In this document: one piece after another, positions 1-10,424 of the stretch
Numbering within the stretch: position 1 is the stretch's first letter
Layout: each line of letters begins with the position of its first letter
IMG/VR virus record: IMGVR_UViG_3300018059_000013
Reading direction: 5' to 3' (one strand)
DNA: 64,000 nt
Source: a virus
Translations under genes and position numbers: made by a program
Notes under the pieces: model-generated
The model's input: only the letters and a program-made list of their open reading frames with translations
Databases searched by the model: none
What the model was told of the DNA's origin: nothing

Positions 1-1468
1 TGGCTAGCCGAACCAAGTTTCGGATCTGGCGTCCGTTGAACTTGTGTTCTGCGAGGGAATCGAGAGTATTCTTCTCGATCTTCAGCTTCGCTGCTTCGAC
101 CATCCGTTGCCAGATCTTGGACCTTGCCTCGTTGTCGAGAGCCTTGTAGTTCACCCGAGCCGTGATGCGCGAGGCGAAGGCGGGATCGATGACGTCGACC
201 CGGTTGGTAGTGAGGAAGAGGGTTCCATCGAAGCCGTCGAGGAATTTGAGGAAGGTACCGACGATGGCGTTGCGCTCGATGTTGTCGACATCTCGCTTGA
301 CTAGGAAGATATCTGCCTCATCGAGGAGAAGGACAGCGTTCCATTTGGAAGCTCTTTCAAGGACCAGCTTCAACTTGTCCTCGACGCTGTTGAGGTCAAT
401 ACCAATCTCGCCGACGTCAGCGACGTAGAGGGGACGCTTGGAGTGCTCGGCCACTGCCTCTGCTGTGAGGGTCTTGCCAACTCCTGGAGGGCCATCGGCA
501 AGAATGACAGTACCACCGTGTCGCCCTCCAAAGATGTCACCGAATTGACACTCGGGCCCGGCGGAGAAGATCCGCTCGAACAGAGTTCGCACGTTGTCGG
601 GCATGACGACCTTGCCGAACCCGGCCGTGTCGTAGACATGTTCTGAGATGTTGTCGATGTGTACGTAACAGTACGCTTTGCGCTCGAGGAGAAAGACTCG
701 GACGAGAGGAATCACCTCATCGGTGTTGTCCGTGTTGTTGTACCACATCGCTTCTTGGAGCTCGAGATCGCACTCGACGATGGCCTTCTTGGAATTCGCT
801 CCAATCTGCACCTCGACGGGCATAGATCCCCAGCGCGATTTCACGTAGACGGGACCCTTGATCTGGACGAGCTTCCCTGTCAGTTCGGTCTGCATGCGAT
901 GCATGCGGCCCACGTCATCTGCGTGCTTCTTGTAGCTCGTCTCGCTGAACGGTTTAAAGTTCGCCTTGCTGAGGATCTCCTGCAACGTGAGATCCTTGCC
1001 GGTGGGATCTTTCATGTGCTCCGGATAGATGCTACGGTACTCGTTCTCCGAGTTGTCTCCGTAGTTGAACCCGAAACCGATAGTGACGCGGTTGCCCCAC
1101 GAATCGTCGCGGTAGCCGAGCTCTTTGATCGTGACGGGAAAGGTGAGCTTGCCAGCCTGCACGCCCACGATGTCCCCGCGACCCGCGACACCGCTCAACA
1201 GCGCCATGACCTCTTGAAGCGTCTTCGCCGTCTTGTTGAGGATCTCGCTGTGCGGGGTCAGGTAGTTCTCGATGAGGATCTTGATCTGATGGCCGTCGGC
1301 GTAGTGATCCCTCAGCTTGTTGAGGAACGTCTTCGGGACCTTGTTGAGGTAGATCGTCTTTTGGTCGTCGTCTGCTTCGTACGAATAGACGTAGATCGCC
1401 TTTCGCTCGACGCCGGCTTCCTTCGCGATCTTCTGGATGAGAGTTTCTTCGATTTTTATCGTAAGCAT
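1..1468 (-). CDS. AAA+ ATPase, paralog A (partial; C-terminal ~25 aa run off the window start)
   Basis: Reverse translation gives Walker A GPPGVGKT, Walker B LLLDEADIF, sensor TTNR and an arginine finger PAFASRI (SpoVK/CbbX-like SRI motif). The ATPase half aligns closely with ORF 8812..10365. Start ATG at 1466-1468. Confidence 0.8.
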   Translation of the reverse strand, partial: MLTIKIEETLIQKIAKEAGVERKAIYVYSYEADDDQKTIYLNKVPKTFLNKLRDHYADGHQIKILIENYLTPHSEILNKTAKTLQEVMALLSGVAGRGDIVGVQAGKLTFPVTIKELGYRDDSWGNRVTIGFGFNYGDNSENEYRSIYPEHMKDPTGKDLTLQEILSKANFKPFSETSYKKHADDVGRMHRMQTELTGKLVQIKGPVYVKSRWGSMPVEVQIGANSKKAIVECDLELQEAMWYNNTDNTDEVIPLVRVFLLERKAYCYVHIDNISEHVYDTAGFGKVVMPDNVRTLFERIFSAGPECQFGDIFGGRHGGTVILADGPPGVGKTLTAEAVAEHSKRPLYVADVGEIGIDLNSVEDKLKLVLERASKWNAVLLLDEADIFLVKRDVDNIERNAIVGTFLKFLDGFDGTLFLTTNRVDVIDPAFASRITARVNYKALDNEARSKIWQRMVEAAKLKIEKNTLDSLAEHKFNGRQIRNLVRLA

Positions 1469-1603
1469 GGAACCTTTTTCGTTGAAGGAATGAGTTCGAC
1501 CCACGAAAGGCCGAGTGGAACCACGTCCAAAGAAGCGGAAGGAGGTCGGAACGCCCCTCTAGTTGTTCCCCCCGGCCTCTCGTGGGTCGAACCCACGTGT
1601 CTG

Positions 1604-2137
1604 CTAGAGGATGGCCGCGCCGGCGGAAACGGCTGCGACGACGGTCTCGGCCGTCTTCTCGGCCGCGAGAGCTTCGAGCTTCTGGACGCGAACCTCGTTG
1701 TCCGCCTGCATCCTGACGATCGTCTTGATGAGACGCTCGGGCACCTTGATCTGGTTGTTCTCGTGCGCTTCGACGATGAGCTTCAGAACGTCGTACGGGC
1801 GGGTCGAGGTGCCCTTCTCGTTGTCGAAGACGGGCTCATCGAGCGTGAGCTGAAAGTACTTCGGCACGGTTTCGGCTTCGAATGCCTCTCCGTCGCTCGA
1901 GCGACGTTGTTTCGTGCATGTCGTCCTCTTGAGTTCGAGACGCTTGGTGACGATGCGACGGGAACGTTCACGATCCCACGTGTCCTTCGGGTTCTGCAGC
2001 GCATACGCCACTTCGAGAACGTTCTCGTCGACGGTGTATGCAATTGCGCCGATGGGCGTTCCCTTTCGAGGGAGCGCGCTCGGCTCGGTAGAAGGTTGCG
2101 TAGACTTGGTGCGGAGATAAATGACAGTGTTGTTCAC
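1604..2137 (-). CDS. hypothetical protein (177 aa) between X-A and ATPase A
   Basis: Protein-like ORF on the dominant strand; no recognisable motif. Confidence 0.5.
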   Translation of the reverse strand: MNNTVIYLRTKSTQPSTEPSALPRKGTPIGAIAYTVDENVLEVAYALQNPKDTWDRERSRRIVTKRLELKRTTCTKQRRSSDGEAFEAETVPKYFQLTLDEPVFDNEKGTSTRPYDVLKLIVEAHENNQIKVPERLIKTIVRMQADNEVRVQKLEALAAEKTAETVVAAVSAGAAIL

Positions 2138-2393
2138 GATTGCCTCCTTACGGCATTCTGTTGTTGGATGGAGATGTTAGATGTCGTACGTTCAGAGAAC
2201 TTCTACAAAACGGACGATGTCGTTCTCGATCAGAAGAGAATCTTCTGCGGGCAGGTGTCGACGATCGCTGTAATTACGCCTCTAGAGCGTTTGGTGTTGA
2301 AGCGACATGACATGCCCACACTCTCGCACAAAGTGTGCGCTTCCTCCGGTGAGAGTCCTACGAGAACTTGGAGGAAGTCTGTCGGGAAATTGT

Positions 2394-3332
2394 TCAGCGA
2401 GAGGAAGCTCCTGCGACCATGCGCTGCGAGGAGGGTTTCTCTGTTTCGGAGTCTTCCTCTTCTGACTGTGCAATCTCGACGACGTTCGTCGTACGGCTCG
2501 GAGCCGACTCTGTGACTCGAACCTTGGAGTCCTCGGCAGAAGATCCGCCGGGAAGCATGTCCAGGGCCGATTCGATGATGGGGGTGATGTGATCGATGAC
2601 GTTGTCCGCGAGGAACGCGCCGGCCGTTGCCATGCCCGCGACGCGGAACTCCTTGGCAAGACGCTTGACCCGGGGATCCTTCTTGATCCTTGCAGGGGCG
2701 AGATACGTCAAAGCGTATCCCGCTGACGCCTGGATGAGTGCCTTCCCCATGGGGGTGTTGAGCACCGCCTCGACTCCCTCTTTCGTGGCGCCATCGCCCA
2801 TCTTGGCCATGATTGCGAGTGCAATCATCTGGCGTGCACCCTCGGCGATCTTATCGGAGGCGACCCGGAACGCTGCGTCGGCGCTGTCGCTCTTGAATGT
2901 TTCGAAGAACGATTGGGTTTCTTCTTCTGGAGCAGAAGGTCGGCTGGTGGTCGTTTTCACTTCTTTCTTACCCTTCTTGGACGCCAATTCGCCGATCTGA
3001 AACGCGTGTGCATGGGTAGTCGACAGGGTGAGAAACCTGTTCTTTCCCGCGTTCATCTGCACCTCCTCACGGAACTCCATGGCGACGCTCGCTATGGAGG
3101 GTGCGCCTGTGTAGTTCTGGTAACCCGCCGGTTGGGGGAGGTCTTTGTCGAACATGATGACCACGTTCCCCGCACCATTCGTGCCGATGATCTTGGCCTT
3201 GATCTTCCGAGCTTTCGATGCCTTGTGATCGAAGTAGTTCGTCGTGTCGATGGCAGTACCCGAGTTGGGCTTCTGCTGGATGAGAGTGATTTCTTTGCCC
3301 AGGTCCTTCGCCCAGGGATCCGTAATTGCCAT
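2394..3332 (-). CDS. X-family protein, copy A (312 aa); function unknown; paired with AAA ATPase A
   Basis: C-terminal ~150 aa (EGVEAVLNTPMGKALIQ...DPRVKRLAKEFRVAGMATAGAF...LDMLPGG) aligns with the C-terminus of ORF 12041..13192; ATG confirmed at 3330-3332. Confidence 0.7.
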   Translation of the reverse strand: MAITDPWAKDLGKEITLIQQKPNSGTAIDTTNYFDHKASKARKIKAKIIGTNGAGNVVIMFDKDLPQPAGYQNYTGAPSIASVAMEFREEVQMNAGKNRFLTLSTTHAHAFQIGELASKKGKKEVKTTTSRPSAPEEETQSFFETFKSDSADAAFRVASDKIAEGARQMIALAIMAKMGDGATKEGVEAVLNTPMGKALIQASAGYALTYLAPARIKKDPRVKRLAKEFRVAGMATAGAFLADNVIDHITPIIESALDMLPGGSSAEDSKVRVTESAPSRTTNVVEIAQSEEEDSETEKPSSQRMVAGASSR

Positions 3333-3662
3333 TGTTGAGCCGTTCCTTCTTTCTTCCGACCAGGGAGAAATCTTGCTGAGAGTTAAAAAACTAAAACTAG
3401 GGATCGTGAATGACGTGACAGAAGACGAGGTGCAAAAGGACCAATCGATATTTGGTATCGAATAGCTACCTGTATGAGTCCCGGTGTAGCTTTAGGAGGA
3501 ACGAGAGAGTTAGATGCCACCGGTACTGGCAGGGCGGAATGTGCTGGTACCCGTACCTCGTTAGATCCGTTAGATCCCGTTCCCAGTTCTGTCCAACCTC
3601 AATCAGCTTGAAGCATTTAGCGCACGCTTTCGTGCCGACCTCGGTAATGCCGTCCACCGATC

Positions 3663-4049
3663 CTATACGCTCTGGATGTGCTTGATCGCCTCAGTCCGGG
3701 AGACGTATACGATCTTCCCTTCCTTTTGGATGGGGACGAGATCGCTCCCGGACTCCGGCTCTGGCTCCGGAATGTACATCGCGGGAGGAGCGCTGACGCA
3801 GGCTGAGACTGAGTACGCCGATGTGACGGGTTGATCTTTTTTCTTGAAGACCGGCCTCTGGTCGGGATTCTCATCCAACCACTTCGTGTACGTCGCAGGT
3901 GATACAGAGATCTCCTTGACGATCTCCCTCCCACGACCGATCTCGACTCCATCCTCATCGCAGTAGACCCGTTCCCGAGTCTCTACCACGATCTTTTTCA
4001 TCTTCTCGCCGGGTCTGGTGACTCTACCGGTCTTTTCGCAACGAAACAT
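3663..4049 (-). CDS. hypothetical protein (128 aa)
   Basis: Minus-strand ORF with protein-like composition. Confidence 0.45.
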   Translation of the reverse strand: MFRCEKTGRVTRPGEKMKKIVVETRERVYCDEDGVEIGRGREIVKEISVSPATYTKWLDENPDQRPVFKKKDQPVTSAYSVSACVSAPPAMYIPEPEPESGSDLVPIQKEGKIVYVSRTEAIKHIQSV

Positions 4050-4081
4050 GCGGGCTCCTTATTCTATTCTAGTGATTAAGC

Positions 4082-4318
4082 TTAGAGCTTGAGTTCCCAC
4101 AAGCTCGTGTAAGTTATGGTGTGTTCGCAGGGGTCTTCGACGCTCGTGTACCACTCGCCGAATTGGGGGTTTGGGGCTTCGAACACGTGCGCCTCACCGC
4201 ATCTGCAGATCCTGGGAATCTTTATCTTGATCGGGACGTCCCCGACGATCCCATTCTTTGGGATGACGATTTTCACAGAATCTCGTGTGCCATCGTCGTC
4301 CATGTTTGTCTTCAGCAA
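4082..4318 (-). CDS. hypothetical small protein (listed start is TTG; ATG 5 codons in)
   Basis: ORF directly downstream of conserved promoter 4346..4378. Confidence 0.4.
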   Translation of the reverse strand: MLKTNMDDDGTRDSVKIVIPKNGIVGDVPIKIKIPRICRCGEAHVFEAPNPQFGEWYTSVEDPCEHTITYTSLWELKL

Positions 4319-4345
4319 TACCGTTTGGCATTCAATGCCACGTGT

Positions 4346-4378
4346 TTAATTGTAACATCTGACCCATTCGAATTCATC
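4346..4378 (-). promoter_or_regulatory. conserved promoter motif, instance 1: GATGAAT...TGTTACAAT (extended -10)
   Basis: Reverse complement reads GATGAATTCGAATGGGTCAGATGTTACAATTAAAC; same architecture as 13 other sites. Confidence 0.55.
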
Positions 4379-4580
4379 ACTCGGATGTTCGAATTTGTTC
4401 TCGGACCGATGCCTCCAAAGTTGAAGGGGTTTGGACCCAGAGACCGTACTGTTCCCGTGAAAGACCTAGATACTCGTGCAGCGGCCCGTCATCCGCTGGG
4501 GATTCGTGCCACCTGTCGACCCAATCGTAGATCTCGTCGATCGTTGCGATACCTTCTTTGACCGCTTGAACGAAAGTCAT
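4377..4580 (-). CDS. hypothetical small protein (67 aa)
   Basis: Minus-strand ORF. Confidence 0.35.
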   Translation of the reverse strand: MTFVQAVKEGIATIDEIYDWVDRWHESPADDGPLHEYLGLSREQYGLWVQTPSTLEASVREQIRTSE

Positions 4581-4702
4581 GCTTTACTCCGTAGAAACCG
4601 AGGCCTTTTCCGCAAGGGCCCGAGCCCCTCCTCTATTTCTTGTCAAGGTGGGCGCGAGCACACCTCCAGAAGCGCCGCAGATCGCTCTACTGATCGGAAG
4701 TT

Positions 4703-5296
4703 CTAGTACTTGTACTTGAAGCGATCGATCTCGTCTGGGAACATGATCGCCTTCACTTCTCCCCCGACGGCACGCAGCACGTGCGCATCGATGGCTCCGT
4801 GTTCGAGATCCTGGTAATCGTACAGCTTGAAAGATGCACCCTTCTTGATCGTACCTCCGCCCGAGCAGGGCATGTCGTACTTTGCGATGTAGGTCGCACC
4901 AGCGACAGCTCGATCACCTACGTACGCTTTGGATCGTCTTCGAGAGCTCCCCCTTTGGTACAAGGTCTTGTGATCATTGAAGACAGCGATGATCGTGGGC
5001 ATGATCTTCGCATGGACGCGTTTGAAGCGCTCTCGGAACCACGACCGGGGCCGTGAACACTTGGTGAAGCGTGTGATGAATTGAACCTTACCCATCGACG
5101 ACATGTTTCGGATGACCTCGTGGGCGAGGTCGATCTCGGCGTCCGAGCACTTCTCGTAGGACACGAGACGCAGCGCATTAGTGACATCGGGTTCGATGTC
5201 ATCGATGAGCTCGTCGGTCGGATAGATCTCGAACCCAAAATCGAGACGCTTGAGCTGTCCCCTGGATAGGGACGAAAATTTGAGCTGTGGTTCCAT
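4703..5296 (-). CDS. Y-family hypothetical protein, tandem paralog 1 (197 aa)
   Basis: Shares NALRLV...EIDLAxE(V/I)...RPRSWF...KI(M/F)P with the adjacent ORF 5309..5938. Confidence 0.55.
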   Translation of the reverse strand: MEPQLKFSSLSRGQLKRLDFGFEIYPTDELIDDIEPDVTNALRLVSYEKCSDAEIDLAHEVIRNMSSMGKVQFITRFTKCSRPRSWFRERFKRVHAKIMPTIIAVFNDHKTLYQRGSSRRRSKAYVGDRAVAGATYIAKYDMPCSGGGTIKKGASFKLYDYQDLEHGAIDAHVLRAVGGEVKAIMFPDEIDRFKYKY

Positions 5297-5308
5297 TTTG
5301 GTCCTCGG

Positions 5309-5938
5309 TCAGAACCTCCCCGCGAATTCGCAGGGAAACACGATGAGCCGGTGATTCACGGACTGATGACACTCGTTCTTCGTCACCCCTACATGAAATG
5401 TAACGTCCCAGGCGTTGTGTTCGAGTTGCGTCTTCGAGATGATGTCCACGAAGGACCCTGTGCCGATCCCTCTGGTGGGTGATATGGCGAGCGGTGTCGT
5501 GGTCTTGTGCCATCCGTACAGAAGAGAAGGAGCGGAACACGCGCCCGGGTGGCTACGGCGCATTCCCCAAGAGGCGTACGGACCGTACTCGTTGACATTG
5601 TTGATGAGCGGGAAGATCTTTGAAGAGATCACGATCATTCGAGCATCGAACCAGGACCGAGGGTAGTTTCCTTCATTTCTGGAGAAGAGAGACCAGAAGA
5701 GAACCCTCGCCGACGTCGAAGTCCGTTTCAAGATTTCGACTGCAAGGTCAATTTCCTTCTCTTCGATCTCTTCGCGGACGGTGACGAGACGCAGCGCGTT
5801 CATGATTGCTGGATCGACTCGCTTGAGAAGGCTCGGTGCGACCTTACATCCGAGATGCCAATCGAGCATGCAGATCTGCTCGTTGGTGAGTTGATTGAAC
5901 TCTACACCCAATGAACCGTATGTCCCGCTGCACTTCAT
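5309..5938 (-). CDS. Y-family hypothetical protein, tandem paralog 2 (209 aa)
   Basis: Paralog of 4703..5296. Confidence 0.55.
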   Translation of the reverse strand: MKCSGTYGSLGVEFNQLTNEQICMLDWHLGCKVAPSLLKRVDPAIMNALRLVTVREEIEEKEIDLAVEILKRTSTSARVLFWSLFSRNEGNYPRSWFDARMIVISSKIFPLINNVNEYGPYASWGMRRSHPGACSAPSLLYGWHKTTTPLAISPTRGIGTGSFVDIISKTQLEHNAWDVTFHVGVTKNECHQSVNHRLIVFPCEFAGRF

Positions 5939-5941
5939 GAT

Positions 5942-6433
5942 TCACTCCTCTTCGACGAAAAAAAACACGGCGGCGGTATCCTCTTCCGAGGAGTCTTCCA
6001 AGTTATGTTCCATCATGACAGTCGCGACCCATCCGCCCTTCGATTTGCGGAAGATGGATTCACGACACTTTTGCGGAATCAGCTTGAGCTTCTCGAGCGC
6101 TCGAACAACGGGATCGTCCGTCGGTTCTTCTGACACGGGAATCTCAACACGGGAGAATTCGTTGGCGAGAACTTTCTTTTCGATGGAGGAGAGGACCTCG
6201 GCACAGGAGGTCCCTGTGCCGGTCCATTGGGCGCGAAGCTCCTCTGCGTCGAAGATGGTTCCATCATCCGGAATGCCCAACTTGCGAGCGTGCGAGCAAA
6301 AGATCTTCTCCGCACTTTCATCTTCGATCTCGACCTCTTCCTCACTGAAAACATCTTGAGGATCTGGTTCGCCGCCCAACATCGTTCGTCTGTTAGCGAT
6401 CGGTGCCTTCTTGGCCTTTTTCTTCTTGACCAT
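5942..6433 (-). CDS. hypothetical acidic protein with K-rich N-terminus (163 aa)
   Basis: Minus-strand ORF; start abuts the stop of 5309..5938. Confidence 0.45.
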   Translation of the reverse strand: MVKKKKAKKAPIANRRTMLGGEPDPQDVFSEEEVEIEDESAEKIFCSHARKLGIPDDGTIFDAEELRAQWTGTGTSCAEVLSSIEKKVLANEFSRVEIPVSEEPTDDPVVRALEKLKLIPQKCRESIFRKSKGGWVATVMMEHNLEDSSEEDTAAVFFFVEEE

Positions 6434-6436
6434 CGA

Positions 6437-6748
6437 TCACTTTGTGGCCTTGGGCGTACCGGCACCTCGCTTGCGCTTCGCCGCGCGGGTCGCCTGACGC
6501 TGCAACTCGATGATTCCACCCTTGCGCTTGCGCCGATCTTCCTTGTCGGACTTGCGTTGGGCAGGACTCTTGTTGAGATGCCAACTCTTCACGGCGAGTT
6601 TCTCCTCTTCCCTGCCCTCGACCATCAATTCTCTTGCGAGTTGCTTGAGCGAGATGAACCGGTTGCCAATGATGGCTCTGCGGTGGAGACGCTTGAGAAC
6701 CTTGCCTGCCTTCATAATACGATACCTCTCATTCGACGGAGCTCTCAC
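6437..6748 (-). CDS. hypothetical highly basic protein (103 aa)
   Basis: K/R-rich, nucleic-acid-binding-like composition. Confidence 0.4.
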   Translation of the reverse strand: MRAPSNERYRIMKAGKVLKRLHRRAIIGNRFISLKQLARELMVEGREEEKLAVKSWHLNKSPAQRKSDKEDRRKRKGGIIELQRQATRAAKRKRGAGTPKATK

Positions 6749-7286
6749 TGAGCTCGTCCTCTTCGTTGCTGTCGATGAAAATGATCTTCGCTCCGATGAT
6801 CTCGTCCTGCTCGTTCTTCATGACGAAGCAGTCGTAACATCCATCTCCCACACCGGAGCTCGACACGGCTCCGAATTCTCGGATGATTCCTGCACCGGGT
6901 GCTTCCAACGTCAATTCACAGGCCTCGTTGTAAAAGGAACCTTCTTCCCCGTACTCTCCGAGGTTTCCAAATGGATACAGTTGGAAGTCGAAAAAACCCG
7001 CTTGGCCAGAGTCGACACCGACCTGGAAGTCCTGCGCCTTCATCCAGGTGGAGGAGTATCCAGCATCGACGTCCGTGGACTCGTGAAAGATCTGCAGTTC
7101 GCAGACCCTGTTGCCCCACCCTTCCAAGTCTCCCTTGAGAATGAACGCGTTCCAAGTTCCGGGCTTGACTCCTTCGAGTTCTCCGCGGATTTCCTTGTCG
7201 GTCCCCAGGTCGTAGCACGGATCGCTCACAGCCATCTTATTCGAGAGTTGAGAAAAACTGCCCAAGCGGGTTCTGTTCATGTTCAT
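6729..7286 (-). CDS. hypothetical protein (185 aa)
   Basis: Protein-like minus-strand ORF. Confidence 0.5.
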   Translation of the reverse strand: MNMNRTRLGSFSQLSNKMAVSDPCYDLGTDKEIRGELEGVKPGTWNAFILKGDLEGWGNRVCELQIFHESTDVDAGYSSTWMKAQDFQVGVDSGQAGFFDFQLYPFGNLGEYGEEGSFYNEACELTLEAPGAGIIREFGAVSSSGVGDGCYDCFVMKNEQDEIIGAKIIFIDSNEEDELSESSVE

Positions 7287-7576
7287 TCGATCACCAAAGT
7301 TAGGACACGCAGTTAAGAAACGCCCGAAGGACGAAGGGAGAAGAGAGAACGAGAGAGGTCGACAATAAAGGCTGAGAGCTTCCCTCTTGCGGAGGATACT
7401 AAGTGCTCAGAGCTGAATGCTGCAAAGGGTCTAACTGCTGAATGCTGACTGCAGCGTCATTATCGTTATTGTTAATTGATTCCCTTTCGGGAGCCGGTAA
7501 TTACCTGTTCAGGGTAATGAATCAACCGTCTGTTCGTTCTCTTTCTCGCCTTCGCCCTCCGAACTCTGTTACCGGA

Positions 7577-8083
7577 TCAGGCCTTCAGGACCGTCCGATG
7601 ATTTGTCGTTTCGACGGCATCGTTGAGTGCGTCGAACTTCTCCTTGAAACTCTTGATCGCATCGGCCTGCTTGGCCTTGGGCAGATCGCAGCGGAACTCG
7701 TGCGTCGCCTTGACACGTTGCATGGCGTCGTTGTACTCGAACGAGTCTTCGTTCGATTTCTCATGGTCGCGCACAGGCAGACTTTCGATGAACTTGATCT
7801 GTCCCTTGAACTCCTCGAGTTGACGAGTGGCCTGCGAAAGCGTCATTTCCTTGCCGTCGTACTTCACCGTCGTGAGAGCATTGGTGACAGCGAGCCGGGA
7901 CTGAAGAGTCAGGAGCTCCGAACGTGCGGCCTGCGCCTTTTCCATGCAGTCGTTGAACTTGAACGCCGGCTCACGACCGACCTGGTACGACACCGATCCG
8001 GTAGCTCGTTGAGTGTGTTCGGCGATCTCGCCCTTGAGTTTCTTGATACGACGGAGTCCTTGAGAAATGGTCAGATCTGACAT
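7577..8083 (-). CDS. hypothetical coiled-coil protein (168 aa)
   Basis: Helical, heptad-like composition; the overlapping 212-aa plus ORF is an antisense shadow. Confidence 0.5.
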   Translation of the reverse strand: MSDLTISQGLRRIKKLKGEIAEHTQRATGSVSYQVGREPAFKFNDCMEKAQAARSELLTLQSRLAVTNALTTVKYDGKEMTLSQATRQLEEFKGQIKFIESLPVRDHEKSNEDSFEYNDAMQRVKATHEFRCDLPKAKQADAIKSFKEKFDALNDAVETTNHRTVLKA

Positions 8084-8365
8084 GCTGGTTATCCTATCCC
8101 CAATGAGCGATGGTTACTAAATGGATGGACATGTGATCCTTCCACGAGACGAAGTCGAAATAGATTTTCCCGTTGTGGAGAAAGACGGCCAATTCTCCTA
8201 TGAGTGATGGTCGAACATTTCCCATGTACAGGACGTAGTCACCTACGAGAACGCGTGATTGTCTGCATGCATCCCTTGCGACGTTTTGGTAGAGGTAGAA
8301 TTCCGTTCGTACATGGAAAAATTTTGGATCCGAATTAAAACCTGGTCATGTCTCAGGATGACGGA

Positions 8366-8575
8366 TCACGTCGGGAACTCTACGAGATGTCTCGCGCTTG
8401 TCTTCAGAGAAAGAAGGTCTCGATGAACGATTCCTTGGAAGAAGTACAAGGCATCATGATTAGAGATCGATCCCAAATACAGGATGATATCATCCTTGCG
8501 AACGGTGGTTATGTTGCTGGTTTCGTTGATGTTCGTATATAGGAAGATGTCTTCCATAACTCGAAGCAGGATCAT
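8366..8575 (-). CDS. hypothetical small protein (69 aa)
   Basis: Locally AT-rich; weak. Confidence 0.25.
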   Translation of the reverse strand: MILLRVMEDIFLYTNINETSNITTVRKDDIILYLGSISNHDALYFFQGIVHRDLLSLKTSARHLVEFPT

Positions 8576-8806
8576 TCACATCTTCTCGAAGTATCGATCA
8601 TCAATTAGGGCTTTTGGGCCCCACCGTCCGGGTAACCATCCGCGCCCGCCGCTGCTGAGCAGGTATGCGTGGTATCCCGCGGAGTTGTCATTCGCTATTA
8701 TCCACCCAAGGTAAACCACGATCCCACCCGCGGGGATTAAATACAATCTCGTGTGCGGTTTGAGTTGGATGTAGAGGCTAACGCCTTTGGTAGCTCGAAG
8801 CAACAT
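8576..8806 (-). CDS. hypothetical small protein (76 aa)
   Basis: Weak; contains an LIPAGGIVVYLG stretch reminiscent of the small-protein families. Confidence 0.25.
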   Translation of the reverse strand: MLLRATKGVSLYIQLKPHTRLYLIPAGGIVVYLGWIIANDNSAGYHAYLLSSGGRGWLPGRWGPKALIDDRYFEKM

Positions 8807-8811
8807 CAGGA

Positions 8812-10365
8812 TCAGGGCTTACGGGCATTGATCATCGCGATCTTTTCCAATTCAGCGGGGGGTAGTTCACCCGACGTGGGGTGGATGATGCGAACCAACC
8901 TCACGCAGTTACGAATCTCTCGGCCATTGAGATCGATCGCCGAGAGCGCAGAGATATCTCCCAAGGGGAGAATCTTCGCCTTGGCGAGCATGAGCTCCCA
9001 AATCTTCTGACGACGGTTGCTGTCGAGATCCGGGTAGTCCAACCTGACCGTGATGCGCGATGCGAACGCCGGGTCGAGCACCTCGGTGCGGTTCGTGGTC
9101 AGGAAGAGAGTTCCCCTGTACCGGTCGAGCACTCGAAGGAACACACCGACGATGGCGCTGCGCTCCAGCTCCTCCTTCGTACGTTCGGCCATGAAGATGT
9201 CGGCCTCGTCCAAGAGGAGGACGGCATTCCAACGGGTGACTCGTTGAAAGATCGTGTTGAGCGAGGATTCCACCTGGGCCACGTTGGTGCCGAGCTCGGT
9301 GAGATCGATCGAATACAGGGGACGCTTCATCGTGTGAGCGTACACCTCGGCCGTGAGGGTTTTTCCCACACCGGGTTTACCGGCCGCAAGGACGATGACT
9401 CCACCGTGGCGGTCGTTGAAAATGTCTCCGAAACCCTCGCTCCCGTTCCAGTTAAAGAGCGAGGTGAGGATGCTCTTCATGTTGTCGGGAAGAACGAGCC
9501 GCTCGTTCGCCTTCTCATCGTACTCGTACTTCTTCAGATTCTCGACGTCGATGTAAACGTATTCCTTCGTGTCGAGAGAGAAGCAACGTACCAGAGGTAG
9601 ATGTTTGTAACCAACCGATTGTTCGCTGTGGCGCGCACTTCTCGGATTGGATTCCATGTCAGGTTCGATCACGACACGTCCGATGTAGCCGAGAGGCAGA
9701 ACAACGGTCGGATCCCACCAAGTCGCGGACGTCTTGATTGCTTGACCGGTGCAAACGTACTGCGCACCCATTTCGTCCTTCGAGAGACGAATACACTCGA
9801 GGCGACTGGTCTTCCATCGAGTCAACGTTTCCTCTTGAATGGGACGCATGCCAGACGACGAAAGGATACTCCGAACGGTAGCTCCACCCATTTCAGAAAG
9901 GGTGTTCTCACCCAACGAGACAGATTTCGTGATGTTCTCCATACCGTCTGGCATCATGGCGATGGTCATGTTGGTGTAGAGGTACTTGCCAATGAACCCT
10001 TGTTCTAACTGACAGGCGGTCAGGAAGATCGGGTAGGATTTCCCAGCGAGCGTGAACTCGAGAGTCGGTTCGCTATCATCCTGAAGACGAATAAGGATGT
10101 TCGAAAACTTGATCAGGCTGGTCTGGGGTTCATCGAACTCCGCGTCGGAGACCCGATCACCCAAGAGCTTCCTGATCGCCTGTTTCGCCGCTGCACCGAG
10201 ACGCCCATTTCGGAGCAAAGCGCTGAGAATAGGCGGCGCGAGCTCTGCGAGCTTGACAGTCGTGTTTGCCGCGGCCGGATCCAAACCCACGATCTCCGTG
10301 TGTTCGATTCCCGCGTTCGCGGCGGCAGAGATGAGCTTCTTCGTATTGATCGAAAGTGATTCCAT
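8812..10365 (-). CDS. AAA+ ATPase, paralog B (517 aa): divergent N-terminal domain plus C-terminal classical AAA module
   Basis: Walker A GKPGVGKT, Walker B LLLDEADIF, TTNR, PAFASRI. ATG at 10363-10365 with AAGGA Shine-Dalgarno 8 nt upstream. Confidence 0.85.
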   Translation of the reverse strand: MESLSINTKKLISAAANAGIEHTEIVGLDPAAANTTVKLAELAPPILSALLRNGRLGAAAKQAIRKLLGDRVSDAEFDEPQTSLIKFSNILIRLQDDSEPTLEFTLAGKSYPIFLTACQLEQGFIGKYLYTNMTIAMMPDGMENITKSVSLGENTLSEMGGATVRSILSSSGMRPIQEETLTRWKTSRLECIRLSKDEMGAQYVCTGQAIKTSATWWDPTVVLPLGYIGRVVIEPDMESNPRSARHSEQSVGYKHLPLVRCFSLDTKEYVYIDVENLKKYEYDEKANERLVLPDNMKSILTSLFNWNGSEGFGDIFNDRHGGVIVLAAGKPGVGKTLTAEVYAHTMKRPLYSIDLTELGTNVAQVESSLNTIFQRVTRWNAVLLLDEADIFMAERTKEELERSAIVGVFLRVLDRYRGTLFLTTNRTEVLDPAFASRITVRLDYPDLDSNRRQKIWELMLAKAKILPLGDISALSAIDLNGREIRNCVRLVRIIHPTSGELPPAELEKIAMINARKP

Positions 10366-10424
10366 CTAAGTGTCCTTAAGTTTAAGAGGAGAAACGAGCG
10401 CGCCGTACGCTTACTTCCTCTTCT

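Noticed and set aside
659-2515. 618-aa plus-strand ORF. Similar long plus ORFs occur at 11474..13366, 11640..12506, 24611..25735, 36592..37260, 47511..48296, 6510..7316 and 7442..8080.
   Set aside because: Each lies antisense to well-supported GC3-rich minus-strand genes (AAA ATPase, X-B/EF-Ts, DHH, SPFH and others). Their translations are low-complexity (R/L/G/D-rich) with no motifs. These are antisense shadow ORFs.
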